The position numbers and the translations under genes are program-made. Below are positions 11,340-23,595 of a DNA stretch of 64,000 bases, in pieces. The number at the start of each line of letters is the position of its first letter. Position 1 is the stretch's first letter. Source of the DNA: Malacoraja senta (lineage: Eukaryota); the NCBI GenBank assembly GCA_038087875.1, contig CM075993.1, positions 5,520,001-5,584,000 on the forward strand, read 5' to 3'. The notes beneath the pieces are model-generated. The model made no database searches. It saw nothing but the letters and a program-made list of their open reading frames with translations, and had not been told where the DNA came from.

Positions 11340-12185
11340 ACATCCTTACCCCACCACCCGATCCCTCTCTCTCCCCGCACTCATCCCCCCCCCCCCCACA
11401 CCTCCCTCTGTCTCCCACCCCCATACCTAATCTGTCCCCCTCTGCCCTCCCATCTCCCTCCCCTCTCCTTCCTTCTCCCCCACCCTCCACTCGCGTCCGA
11501 ATCACTTTCCTCCCTCCCCCCACCTCCCCCCCCCCTCTCCCCTCTCCCCCCAACTCTCCCTCCTCCCTCTCCCCCCCTCTCCCTCCCCTCCTCCCCCCTC
11601 TCCTCCCCACTCTCCCTCTACCTCCCTCTTCCTCTACTCCCCCACTCTCCCTCTACCTCCCCTCTCCCTCTACCCCACCTCTCCCCCCACCTCTCCCTCC
11701 TCCCTCTCCCCCCCACCTCCCCCCCTCTCCCCCCCACCTCTCCCCCCCTCTCCCTCCCCTCCTCCCCCCCTCTACTCCCCCACTCTCCCTCTACCCTCCT
11801 CTCCCTCTACCTCCCCTCTCCCTCTACCCCCCTCTCCCTCTACCTCCCTCTCCCTCTACCTCCACTCTCCCTCTCCCCTCCTCTCCCTCTACCTCCCCTC
11901 TCCCTCTACCCCCCTCTCCCTCTACCTCCCCTCACCCTCTACCTCCCCTCTATCCCTCTACCCTCCTCTCCCTCTACCTCCCCTCTCCCTCTACCCCCCC
12001 TCTCCCTCTACCCCCCCACTCCCTCTACCCCCCTCTCTACCCCCCCTCTCCCTCTACCCCCCCTCTCTACCCCCCCTCTCCTCTACCCCCCTCTCTACCC
12101 ACCCTCTCCCTCTACTCCCCCCCTCTCCCTCTACTCCCCCTCACCTCCCCCCCCCTTTACCCCCCCCTCCCTCTGCCCCCCCCAG
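11340..12185 (+). repeat. C/T-rich low-complexity tract (CCTCTAC/CCCTCT variants)
   Basis: Almost G-free pyrimidine tract running into the next acceptor. Confidence 0.95.
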
Positions 12186-12616
12186 GGAGATGATGCCCCC
12201 TCTACCACGTGCCCGTGCTGACGACTGTTCCCACCACCCCCTCCCCAGACGAGGATCGCTTCACCCGCATCGCCGCCCGCCCCCCGACCGTGCTCCCCCG
12301 GGGCCCCCCTGCCCCGCCCGGCCTCGCCCGAGTTGGCGCCCCCACCCCGCATCCCCGCCCCACCCGGGACCCCCGGACCCCGGCCCCGGCGGCGGCGGCG
12401 GCGGCCAGCAGCTTCGTGGGGCTGCGCGTGGTGGCCAAGTGGTCCTCCAACGATACTTCTACTCGGGACCATCACCAGGACTCCTGCGACGGCAAGTACA
12501 AGGTCCTGTTCGACGACGGCTACGAGTGCGAGGTGCCGGCAGGACATCCTGCTGTGTGATCCCATCCCCGTACAGACGAGTCACCGCGCTCTCTGACGAT
12601 GAGTACTTCAGCGCAG
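12186..12616 (+). CDS. TP53BP1: TP53BP1 exon, tandem Tudor domain; several 1-nt deletions
   Basis: SFVGLRVVAKWSSN/YFYSG/GKYKVLFDDGYECEV/DILLCDPIP/VTALSDDEYFSA found across three frames; GTATGT donor. Confidence 0.97.
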
Positions 12617-14059
12617 GTATGTGTCTCAACCCCTCCCTCCCTCCTCTCCCCCTCCCCCACCTGCTGGTTCCATAAACCACTGGATTCACACAACAGAGTC
12701 CGATTCACTGAAGAAGGGTCTCGACCCGAATCGTCACCCATCCCTTCTCTCCAGAGATGACAATCGACAATAGACAATAGTTGCAGGAGTAGGCCATCCG
12801 GCCCTTCGAGCCAGCACCGCCATTCAATGTGATCATGGCTGATCATCCCCAATCAGTACCCCGTTCCTGCCTTCTCCCGTATCCCCTGACTCCGCTATCT
12901 TTAACAGCCCCATCTAGCTAGATGCTGCCTGTCCCGCTGAGTTACTCCAGCATTTTGTGTCTATCTTCAGTTTAAACCAACATCTGCAGTTCCTTCCCAC
13001 ATATTGATTCACTAAGTAATTTATTACACTGCCTCATACTTTGTTTGGGCAGCTTACAACCCAGTGGTATGAATATTGACTTCAAGTAACCCTTGCCTTT
13101 CCGTCGCTCTCCATCCTAGTTCCCCGATTAGTTTGACTGTCCCCCTGATTAAATGTTATCTTAGTGTGCCTTGTTGTCCACTTCCCCTCAGCTAGCAGTA
13201 ATCTATTCTACATATTCCTTGAACTTCATCCCCTTTGATCTCTCCTTTTCACACCTGACCCTTCCATATCTCTCTCTTTCTCCCCTGACTCTCAGTCTGA
13301 AGAAGGGTCTCCACCTGAAAGGTCACCCATTCCTTCTCCAGAGATGCCGCCTGTCCCGCTGAGTTACTCCAGCATTTTGTGTCTATCTTTAGTTTCGTCA
13401 GAGATACAGCGGGAAACAGGCCCTTCGGCCATGAAGTCCGCGCCGACCAGCGATCCCTGCACATTAACACTATCCCACACACACTGGGGGCAATCTACAA
13501 TTTGTACCAAAGCCAATTAACCTGCAGGCCTGCAGGGAGGAAACCGGAGCACCCGAGTAAACCCACGCAGGTCACAGGAAGAACGTACAAACTCCGTACA
13601 GACAGCCACCCCATAGTCGGGTTTTAAACCCGGGTCTCTGGTGCTGTCGGGCAGCAACTCTACCGCTGCGCCACCATGCCAGTGGTCTGTGGGTCGGGGC
13701 AACAGTGGGATAATGGCTCAGTGCCTCCAGAGGTCTTTCAATTTGCAAAAATGGGGACGAAAGCATCGGACAGTGCTGGAAACACTCAGCAGGTCGGGCA
13801 GCATCTGGGGAGTGAGAAGCCGAGCAATGTTTCAGGTCAACAACCCTTATATAGAACAGTGGAGTGGATGAAGGTGTGGGACTGAGTGGGTGGGGGGTTT
13901 GGGTCAGAGGGTGGGTGGGTGAGGATGTGGGTTTGGAACGGTGGGTGGGGGGATCGAGAGACATGCTCCCCCCTCCCCACTCCATTCTGTTGGGTCCTTG
14001 GCTGTTGCTGTCTTTACCAGACCTCCCTCCCACCCTCTCTCCCCGTGTTGTCACCGCAG

Positions 14060-14250
14060 GGATAGTCCGGGCCCATCGCAAGGAGCCTGACGAGTTCTTC
14101 TACTGCATCGGAAGGACGGCGTGCAGAAGTGGTACAAGCGGATGGCTGTCATCTTGTCCCTGGAGCAGGGAAACCGGCTGAGGGAACAGTTTGGCCTCGA
14201 CCCCGGCGAGCCCAACACCCCAGTGGCCATGGCTGCCGACATCAGCCTGG
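14060..14250 (+). CDS. TP53BP1: TP53BP1 exon, Tudor end and UDR start; one frameshift
   Basis: GIVRAHRKEPDEFFYCI/..QKWYKRMAVILSLEQGNRLREQFGLDPGEPNTPVAMAADISL. Confidence 0.97.
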
Positions 14251-14274
14251 GTAAGTGGGCCTGGGTAAGTGGCA

Positions 14275-14970
14275 AACCTCCCCCCCCCTCATCTCCCCCA
14301 CCTCTCCCCCACTCCCCTACTCTCCCCCACCCACCCCCACCTCTCCCCCACCTCTCCCCATTCCCCTGCCTCACACCACCCCCTCATCCCCACCCCCCCT
14401 CTCCTCACCTCCCCCTCTCTTCCCCACACCCCTCTCCCCACTCCCCTACCCCACCCCCCTCTCATCCCCATCCCCTCCCATCCCCGCCCCCCCCTCTCCT
14501 CACCTCCCCCTCTCTCCCTTCCCCTCTCCCCACCCCCCCTCTCTCCCCTACTCCACCCCACCCCCTCTCATCCCCACCCCCCCTCTCCTCACCCCCTCTC
14601 CCCACCCCTCCCTCTCCCCCCTCCCCACACCCACTCTCCCCACCCCCCTCCCCTGCCCCACCCTACCCCCACCTCTTCACCCCCCCTCTCCCCGTCCCCT
14701 CTCACACCCACCTCTCCCCACTCCCCTGCCCCACCCCTACCCCCACCCTCCCTCTCCCGTCCCCTCTCTCACCCACCTCTCCCCACTCCCCTGCCCCACC
14801 CCACCCCCCTCTCATCCCCACCCCCGTCACCCCACCTCCCCCATTCCCCTACCCAGCCCCTCTCCCCGCCCCCCCACCTCTCCTCTCCCCCCACCTCCCC
14901 ACTCCCCTACCCACCCCCTCTCATCCCCACTCTCCCCACTCCCCTGCCCACCCACCCACCCCCCCCATCG
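14275..14970 (+). repeat. C-rich low-complexity tract
   Basis: CCCCAC/CCCTCT variants. Confidence 0.95.
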
Positions 14971-14999
14971 GGCAAAAAGTATAAAAGTTCAGTAAAGAC

Positions 15000-15460
15000 T
15001 TCGGAGGATGTTGCCAGGACTAGAGGGTGTGAGCTATAGGGAGAGGTTGAGTAGGCTGGGTCTCTATTCCATGGAGCGCAGGAGGATGAGGGGATGTCTT
15101 GGTGTACAACATCATGAGGGGAATAGATCGGGTAGATGCACAGTGTCTCTTGCCCAGAGTAGGGGAATCGAGGACCAGAGGACACAGGTTCAAGGTGAAG
15201 AGGAAAAGATTTAATAGGAATCTGAGGGCTAACTTTTTCACACAAAGGGTGGTGGGTGTATGGAACAAGCTGCCAGAGGAGGTAGTCGAGGCTGGGACTA
15301 TCCCATCGTTTAAGAAACAGTTGGACAGGTACATGGATAGGACAGGTTTGGAGGGATATGGACCAAGCGCGGGCAAGTGGGACTAGTGTAGCTGGGGCAT
15401 TGTTGGCCGGTGTGGGCGAGTTGGGCCGAAGGGCCTGTTTCCACACTGTATCAGTCTATG
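15000..15460 (+). mobile_element. CR1-type LINE 3' fragment (second subfamily, SINE-partner tail)
   Basis: ESRTRGHRFKVKRKRFNRNLRANFFTQRVVGVWNKLP; tail GGGCCGAAGGGCCTGTTTCC. Confidence 0.85.
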
Positions 15461-15820
15461 ACACTAAGTTTGAAAACGCACATCTCCAGGTTCAGGCAGT
15501 TTCTAGCCAGCTGTTATCAGGCAACTGAACCATCCTCTCACAACCAGAGAGCGGTCCTGATTTACTATGTACCGCATTGGTGACGTTCAGACTATACTTG
15601 ACCTGGCTTAACCTGGCACTAAACGTTATTCCCTTATCGTGTATCGATATCCTGTCAATGGCTCGATTGTGATCAAGTATTGTCTTAATGGTGACTGGCT
15701 AGCACGCAACAAAATGCCTTTCACTTGCCCACAAGGCAATAATCTAACCTGAAGCCATGTGTGGCTGAAGGAAGATGCAGGGAGATGAGAGGGGGAGATG
15801 GGATGGTGGCTGGTGAGCGA

Positions 15821-16426
15821 TAGAAACATAGAAAATAGGTGCAGGAGTAGGCCATTCGGCCCTTCGAGCCTGCACCGCCATTCAATATGATCATGGCTGA
15901 TCATCCAACTCAGTATCCCATCCCTGCCTTCTCTCCATACCCCCTGATCCCTTTAGCCACAAGGGCCACATCTAACTCCCTCTTAAATATAGCCAATGAA
16001 CTGGCCTCAACTACCTTCTGTGGCAGAGAATTCCACAGATTCACCACTCTCTGTGTGAAAAATGATTTTCTCATCTCGGTCCTAAAAGACCTCCCCCTTA
16101 TCCTTAAACTGTGACCCCTTGTCCTGGACTTCCCCAACATCGGGAATAATCTTCCTGCATCCAGCCTGTCCAACCCCTTAAGAATCTTGTAAGTTTCTAT
16201 AAGATCCCCCCTCAATCTTCTAAATTCTAGCGAGTACAAGCCGAGTCTATCCAGTCTTTCTTCATATGAAAGTCCTGCCATCCCAGGAATCAGTCTGGTG
16301 AACCTTCTCTGTACTCCCTCTATGGCAAGAATGTCTTTCCTCAGATTTGGAGACCAAAACTGTACGCAATACTCCAGGTGTGGTCTCACCAAGACCCTGT
16401 ACAACTGCAATAGAACCTCCCTGCTC
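15821..16426 (-). mobile_element. Young CR1 LINE 3' fragment with open RT C-terminus
   Basis: LLQLYRVLVRPHLEYCVQFWSP..QRVVNLWNSLP; TTTCTATG tail. Confidence 0.92.
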
Positions 16427-17888
16427 TTAGGGAGGTGGGAACTGATCCTGATCTTGCTGCGCCGTTGGGGCCTGATGTAGGGTCCCGACCCACAACGCCA
16501 CTCACCTTTTAACGTAGACTTTAGAGATACAGCGTGGAAACAGGCCCTTCGGCCCACCGAGTCCGTGCCGACCAGCGATCCCCGCACACTACCACTAGTC
16601 CTACACACACTAGGGACAATTTACTATTTTGTCGAAGCCAATCGACCTAAGATCCTGCCCATTTTTGGAGTGTGGGTGGGAATCGGAGCACCTGGAGAAA
16701 ACCCACGCGGTTACGTGGAGATCGTGCAAACTCCGCACAGACAGCACCCCGAGGTCAGGATCTCTCGGCGCTGTAAGGCAGCAGAGTCTTGCCCCTTCCT
16801 CTCATCCCGTTAGACTGGCAGTCTTCCCTCGACGCTGCCCTCTGCAGAGGGGCACCAGGCCCAGGGAAGGTGATGCTGCCAGACCCGCTGAGTTACTCCA
16901 GCACTTTGTGTTTTTTTGTGCATTAACCAGCGCCTGCAGTTGTTTGTCTGCGCTCTCCGCAGCTCCATAGCACCGTTCCTGCAGCAGTCTCTGCCCTGAT
17001 GCCCTGACTAAGGTGCTAAATGAACACAATAGACAATAGGTGCAGGAGTAGGCCATTATGCCCTTCGAGCCAGCACCGCCATTCAATGTGATCATGGCTG
17101 ATCATCCCCAATCAGTACCCCGTTCCTGCCTTCTCCCCATATCCCCTGACACCGCTATTTTTAAGAGCCCTATCTAGCTCTCTCTTGAAAGCATCCATTG
17201 AACCTGCCTCCACCGCCCTCTGAGGCAGAGAATTCCACAGACTCACAACTCTCTGTGAGAAAAAGTGTTTCCTCGTCTCCGTTCTAAATGGCTTACTCCT
17301 TAAGTGGTGTCGTTTTTTAGTTTCGAGATACAGCATGGAAACAGGCCCTTCGGCCCGTCGAGTCCGTGCCGACCAGCGATCCCCGCACACTAACACTATC
17401 CTACACACACACTAGGGACAATTGACCATTATACCAAGAACTGCAGGTGCCGGTTTAAATCGAAGATAAGACACAAAGTGCTGGAGTAACTCAGCGGGAC
17501 AGGCAGCATCTCTGGGGAGACGGAACGGGTGACGTTTCAGGTCGAGACCCTTCGTCACACTGATGTCGGGGGAGTGGGTGGTACAGGGATAAGATGCAGT
17601 CGGAGACAGTAGGACTGGTGGGAGAACTGGGAAGGAGGAGGGGATGGAGAGAGAGGGCTACTTGAAGTTAGAGAAGTCAACGTTCATACCCCTGGGGTGT
17701 AAACTGCCCAAGCGAAATACGAGGTGCTGTTCCTCCAATTTGTGCTGGGCCTCACTCTGACAGTGGAGGAGGCCCCTGGACAGAAAGGTCAGTGTGGGAA
17801 GTTGTTGGTGAGGTGAGTGTGTTTGCCCGGCTGGTGGTGATGGTGGATTGGGACCATAGATAGAACCTGTCGGTGTTGCCCCCCACAG

Positions 17889-18065
17889 ACAACCTGGTGG
17901 AAGGCAAACGGAAGCGGAGGAGTAACGCTGGGCCCAGCACCCCCACCCGCAAACCAACGGACAGTCCCAGGACCCCCACCCTGTCGGGCAAGAGGAAGCT
18001 GCTCAGCTCCGACGAGGAACGGTCCCCGGCAAAGCGCGGTCGCAAGCCGGGCTCCGGCAAATCAG
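17889..18065 (+). CDS. TP53BP1: TP53BP1 exon, UDR end and NLS
   Basis: (D)NLVEGKRKRRS..GKRKLLSSDEERSPAKRGRKPGSGKS; 177 nt, phase 1-1. Confidence 0.97.
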
Positions 18066-18451
18066 GTAACGTCCGGCACTGCTGCAGTTTAGAGATACAG
18101 CGCGGAAACAGGCCCTTCGGCCCACCGAGTCCGTTCTGATCCTCACACATTAACGTCATTCTACACACACACTCACTAGGGACAATTTACATTGATACCA
18201 ATTAACCCACAGGCCTGCACGTCTCTGGAGTGTGGGAGGGTGTTGCCAGTGATCCCCGCACATTAACACCACACGCACACACACACTCACACACACATGC
18301 ACGCACACGCACACAGACACACGCACACAGACACACGCGCACACACACATACAAAAACACACCCACACACAGACACACACACAAACACACACACTCACAC
18401 CCACACACACGCACACAGACACACGCACACGATAAGTGGGGGTGGGATGTC

Positions 18452-19209
18452 ATAGAAACATAGAAACATAGAAATTAGGTGCAGGAGTAGGCCATTCGGC
18501 CCTTCGAGCCTGCACCGCCATTCAATATGATCATGGGTGATCATCCAACTCAGTATCCCGTACCTGCCTTCTCTCCATACCCCCTGATCCCTTTAGCCAC
18601 AAGGGCCACATCTAACTCCCTCTTAACTATAGCCAATGAACTGGCCTCGACTACCCTCTGTGGCAGAGAGTTCCAGAGATTCACCACTCTCTGTGTGAAA
18701 AAAGTTCTTCTCATCTCGGTTTTAAAGGATTTCCCCCTTATCCTTAAGCTGTGACCCCTTGTCCTGGACTTCCCCAACATCGGGAACAATCTTCCTGCAT
18801 CTAGCCTGTCCAACCCCTTAAGAATTTTGTACGTTTCTATAAGATCCCCTCTCAATCTCCTAAATTCTAGCGAGTATAAACCAAGTCTATCCAGTCTTTC
18901 TTCATAAGACAGTCCTGACATCCCAGGAATCAGTCTGGTGAACCTTCTCTGCACTCCCTCTATAGCTATAATGTCCTTCCTCAGATTTGGAGACCAAAAC
19001 TGTACGCAATACTCCAGGTGTGGTCTCACCAAGACCCTGTACAACTGCAGTAGAACCTCCCTGCTCCTATACTCAAATCCTTTTGCAATGAAAGCTAACA
19101 TACCATTCGCTTTCTTCACTGCCTGCTGCACCTGCATGCCTACTTTCAATGACTGGTGTACCATGACACCCAGGTCTCGCTGCATCTCCCCATTTCCTAA
19201 TCGGCCACC
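18452..19209 (-). mobile_element. Young CR1 LINE 3' fragment
   Basis: Open 211-aa RT C-terminus, (TTTCTATG)n tail; near-identical to 15821-16426 and 39504-40265. Confidence 0.92.
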
Positions 19210-19273
19210 GGAGGGAGGTCCAATTCCTGCTCTGGGTGGGGGTCTGTTCCATGTGGATCTGTGGTGTGGGCAT

Positions 19274-19420
19274 GTCCGATCCGTGTTGTTGCGTGTGCTG
19301 GGCGTGTCTGATCCATGTTGTTGCGTGTGCTGGGCGTGTCCGATCCATGTGTGTGCGAGGCGTGTCCGATCAGTGTTGTTGCGTGTGCTGGGCGTGTCCG
19401 ATCCGTGTTGTTGCGTGTTG
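19274..19420 (+). repeat. ~32-bp minisatellite
   Basis: GTCCGATCCGTGTTGTTGCGTGTGCTGGGCGT, about 4.5 copies. Confidence 0.9.
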
Positions 19421-19423
19421 CAG

Positions 19424-19633
19424 GCATGTGGAAGCCGGGCGTGTTAGCCAGCCCCCCGGAGCGGGAGGTGGGGTGCGGGGCCTCGGAGCCGCCGCTGGAG
19501 AGCCAGCACGGGCCCCTCCCCAAAAACCCCGCCCTCTTCGTGGGTTACGCCTTCATCCTCACGGCGGCCACGCAGACCGACCGGCAGAGCAACAAGCCCC
19601 CCGCCCCGCACGGCACCACCGGCAGTGACGAGG
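19424..19633 (+). CDS. TP53BP1: TP53BP1 exon, BRCT1 start
   Basis: ..HGPLPKNPALFVGYAFILTAAT..GSDE; 210 nt. Confidence 0.96.
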
Positions 19634-20147
19634 GTGAGTACCGCCCTCCCACCTCCCCCTCCCCGACTACCTCCTCCCCACTCCCACAAACTCTACCTTC
19701 CTCCCTCCCCCAAGGTGTCGCCCACCCCCACATCCTGAGCCCCCTCACATATTCCCCACCTCCCACATCCTGACCCCCCCTCCCCGCATTCCTCTACACA
19801 AACTCCCCCTCTCCAACTCCAGTCTCCCCAGCCACCCCCACCACACCCTGGCACCCCCCCTCCCTCTCCCACATCCCTCTACACAAACTCCCACTCTCCC
19901 CCTCCAGACTCCCCCCGTCCCCAGTCCCCACCCTGACCTCCTCACACATTTCCCCCTCCCTCTACACAAACTCCCACTCTCCAACTCCAGTCTTCCCCTC
20001 CCCCCCTCCTCCAGACTCCAGATCACAACTGATCTATCTCTCCCTCCTAACCCCATTCTCCTGCCTTTCCCCCCCGTAACCCCTGACCCCCGCCCGTACT
20101 GGCCCCGTGGTGGATGTGACCGTGCCTGCGCCTGTGCTTCACCCCAG

Positions 20148-20242
20148 AGTACGTGGAGACGGCCGCCTACAACAAACAGTACACTGAGGCCCAGCTCCGA
20201 GCCGGAGGCGGATACATCCTCCAGGATTTCAACGAAGCCCAG
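20148..20242 (+). CDS. TP53BP1: TP53BP1 exon, BRCT1
   Basis: (E)YVETAAYNKQYTEAQLRAGGGYILQDFNEAQ; 95 nt. Confidence 0.97.
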
Positions 20243-21406
20243 GTAAGAGCCTCTTGCCCAGAGCAGGGGAATCGAGGACCGCTGGGCATGGGTTCAAGGT
20301 GAGGGGAGGGGGGGGGGGGGGGTAGATTTAATCGGAACCCAAGCGGTAACGTTGTTACACAAAGGGTAGTGTGCATATGGAACGAGTTGCCGGAGGAGGT
20401 AGTTGACTATCGCAACGTTTAAGAAATATCTCAGCAGGTACTTGGATAGGACAGGTTTGGAGGGATATGGGCCACATGCAGCCAGGTGGGACTAGTGTAG
20501 ATGGGTGGCGTGGGCCAAAACAGCATCTGGAGAGCGTGGATTGGTGATGCTTCGGGTCAGGACCCTTCTTCGGAAGTCATTGCCTTCTCGCACGTTATGA
20601 GGCCATGTTAGACCAGAATTAGGCCATTCGGCCCGTCGAGTCTGCTTCGCCATTCAAACATGGCTGATCTATCTCCCCCTATCTCCCGTCACCTTTAACG
20701 CTCTTCCTAATCAAGACCCTATCAATCTCCGCTTTAAAAATAATACCCACTGACTTGTCCTCCACCGCTGTCTGTGGCAATGAATCCCACAGATTCACCA
20801 CCCTCCCACTGAAGAAACTGCTCCTCATCTCCTTTTATTCTGAGGCTGTGGCCTCTGGTCCTAGACTCTCCCACTAGTGGAAACATCCTCTCCACATCCA
20901 CTCTGTCCAGGCCTTTATCTGTTAGCTAAGTTTCAAGTCCCACCTCATTCTTCTAAACTCCAGCGAGTACAGGCCCACTGCCGTCAAACGCTCACAGTAT
21001 GTTAACCCAATTACCCCTGGAATAACTCGTAAACCTACCCTACTCCACCATTCAATCATGGCTGATCTATCTCTCCCTCCCAACCCCATTCTCCTGCCTT
21101 CTCCCCATAACCCCTGACACCTGCACTAATCAAGAATCTATCTATCTCTGCCCTAAAAATATCCACTGACTTGGCCTCCACAGCCGTCCGTGGCAAAGAA
21201 TTTCACAGATTCACCTCCGTCTCTGACTAAAGAAAGTGAAAGTGAAGCTCAAGCTTCATTTGCCCCCCTGGGTGACACAAATAGAAACATAGAAAAATCG
21301 GTGCAGGAGTAGGTCATTCGGCCCTTCGAGCCAGCACCGCCATTCAATATGATCATGGCTGAACATCTAAAATCCTGCTTTTTCCCCATATCACTTGAAT
21401 CGTTAA

Positions 21407-21643
21407 AGGGCCAGTCCCACTTTCACGACCTCATTCACGACCTCTGCCGAGTTTGCCCTTGACTCATACTCGCAGCATGGTCGTCACGAGGTCGTAGGAG
21501 GTCGTAGGTAGGCCGTAGCAGGCCGTGATGCTAGTCGTAGGTACTCGTGGCATCAAGTAGGTCGGGGCGTTTTTCTATCCTGATGAAAAATGTCCACGAG
21601 TAAAAAAGGTTGTGAATTAGGTCGTGAAAGTGGGACAGGCCCT
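21407..21643. mobile_element. Harbinger-like MITE
   Basis: TIR AGGGCCAGTCCCACTTTCACGACC; TWA flanks; near-identical to 61547-61762. Confidence 0.75.
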
Positions 21644-21707
21644 TTAGCCCTAAGAGCTAAATCAAACTCTCCTGAAAGATTGTATCCCTGGGCATTCTGC
21701 TGAGTTA

Positions 21708-22038
21708 TAGCCCTGTCCCACTGTACGAATCCATTCCAAGAGCTCTCCCGAGTTTTTAAAAAAATCGAGCTCGTGGTAAGCACGGAGAATGAACGTAGCG
21801 GGTACGTCGGAGCTCGGGGACGTCTCTTAGCGGCTCGTAACGCTAACGGCAGGTACTCGGGAAGACTCGCTAACGGCAGGTAAGCACGGGAAGTCTGGTG
21901 AAGATTTTTCAACACGTTGGAAAATGTCCACGAGAGCCCCGAGTACCGACGAGCGGCCATTACCGTAAATCTCCGAGTTCGAATCAGGGCAAACTCGGGA
22001 GAGCTCTTGGAATGAACTCGTAACGTGGGACAGGGCTT
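21708..22038. mobile_element. Harbinger-like MITE
   Basis: ~45-bp TIRs AGCCCTGTCCCAC..CAAGAGCTCTCCCGAGTTT; TTA/TAA flanks. Confidence 0.75.
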
Positions 22039-22084
22039 TAAGAGCAGGGAGCTAATCCAGAATGTGTTGCTTGTTGCGTTTCAG

Positions 22085-22284
22085 TGCAAGGCAGCCTACC
22101 AGTGTGTGTTGATCGCAGACCAGCACTGTCGGACCAAGAAGTACTTTCTGTGCATTGCCAGCGGGGTGCCGTGTGTGTCGAACCTGTGGGTCCGAGACAG
22201 CTGCCTCTCCAACCAGCTGCAGCCCTACAATAACTACATGTTGCCAGCGGGCTACAGTGTGGAGGCTGACCGCATCCTGGAGTG
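22085..22284 (+). CDS. TP53BP1: TP53BP1 exon, BRCT1
   Basis: CKAAYQCVLIADQHCRTKKYFLCIASGVPCVSNLWVRDSC..RILE(W); 200 nt. Confidence 0.98.
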
Positions 22285-22294
22285 GTGAGATGCC

Positions 22295-23030
22295 CCCCCC
22301 TCACCCTGCCCCTCCCCTCACTCTGCCCCTCCCCCTCACCCTGCCCCTCCCCCTCACCCTGCCCCTCCCCCTCACTCTGCCCCTCCCCCTCACTCTGCCC
22401 CTCCCCCTCACTCTGCCCCTCCCCCTCACTCTGCCCCTCCCCCTCCCCCTCACTGCCCCTCCCCCTCACTCTGCCCCTCCCCCTCACACTGCCCCTCCCC
22501 CTCACTCTGCCCCTCCCCCTCACTCTGCCCCTCCCCCTCACTCTGCCCCTCCCCCTCACACTGCCCCTCCCCCTCACTCTGCCCCTCCCCCTCACACTGC
22601 CCCTCCCCCTCACTCTGCCCCCCCCCTCACTCTGCCCCTCCCCCTCACACTGCCCCTCCCCCTCACTCTGCCCCTCCCCCTCACTCTGCCCCTCCCCCTC
22701 ACTCTGCCCCTCCCCCTCACACTGCCCCTCCCCCTCACTCTGCCCCTCCCCCTCACTCTGCCCCTCCCCCTCACTCAGCCCCTCCCCCTCACTCGGCCCC
22801 TCCCCCTCACTCTGCCACTCACTCTGCCCCTCCCCCTCACTCTGCCCCTCCCCCTCACTCACTCTGCCCCTCCCCCCTCACTCTGCCCCTCCCCCTCCCT
22901 CACTCTGCCCCTCCCCCCTCACTCTGCCCCTCCCCCCCTCCCTCACTCTGTCCTCCCCCTCACTCTGCCCCTCCCCCCCTCACTCACTCTGCCCCTCCCC
23001 CCTCACTGCCCCTCCCCCCCCCACTCTGCC
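22295..23030 (+). repeat. 18-bp minisatellite (CTCTGCCCCTCCCCCTCA)n
   Basis: Regular tandem array, seen as 6-aa repeats in the ORF track. Confidence 0.95.
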
Positions 23031-23449
23031 CTGGGTGCCACCCACAGCGAGCCGCCCCGTGCCGTTACCGCGCTGCCTGTGACCACCCCCCCCCCCCGCT
23101 CGCCGCCCCTCCCCCATCCCGCCTGGTCTCAAACCTGGATCAGCGCCTCAATTAAACTGAACCCCGTCGATCTCTGCTCCTGATCCCCCCTCCTTCCTCA
23201 TGCACCCCTCTCACAAATTGACTTTTCTCTCTCCCCCTCTCCCCTTCCCCTCTTCCCCTCTCTCCCCCTCCCTCTCCTATTCCCTCCATTCTCCCCTCCA
23301 TTCTCTCTCTCTCTCCCTCTCTCCCTCTCCCCTCCTCTCCTCCTCTCTCCATTCTCTCTCTCTCTCTCTCTCTCTCTCCATTCTCTCTCTCTCTCTCTCT
23401 CTCCATTCTCTCTCTCTCACTCTCTCTCTCTCTCTCTCCCCCCCCCCAG

Positions 23450-23595
23450 GCACCCACGGACCAGCCCGTTCAAGAACATGAAGCTGCTGCTGGTGTCGGA
23501 CAAACAGGAGACCTTCCTCGGACTCTGGCCCGAGATCCTCATGATGGGAGGGGCGACGTCAGTGAGGCAGCACAACCCCGGCACGCACAGCAAGG
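23450..23595 (+). CDS. TP53BP1: TP53BP1 exon, BRCT2
   Basis: HPRTSPFKNMKLLLVSDKQETFLGLWPEILMMGGATSVRQHNPGTHSK; 146 nt. Confidence 0.97.

Noticed and set aside
11117..12193. Long proline-rich (extensin-like) ORFs here and at 14121-15039, 22155-23183 and 35600-36679
   Set aside because: Stop-free by composition; they lie in C-rich intronic or intergenic tandem repeats
3566..14250. TP53BP1 as a pseudogene
   Set aside because: Indels are mostly homopolymer shortenings limited to the contig start; splice sites, key residues and all downstream exons are intact
15910..16608. Host protein-coding genes from 200+ aa ORFs (also 18550-19185, 39593-40282, 38577-39098, 55173-55649)
   Set aside because: All are C-terminal fragments of LINE ORF2 proteins
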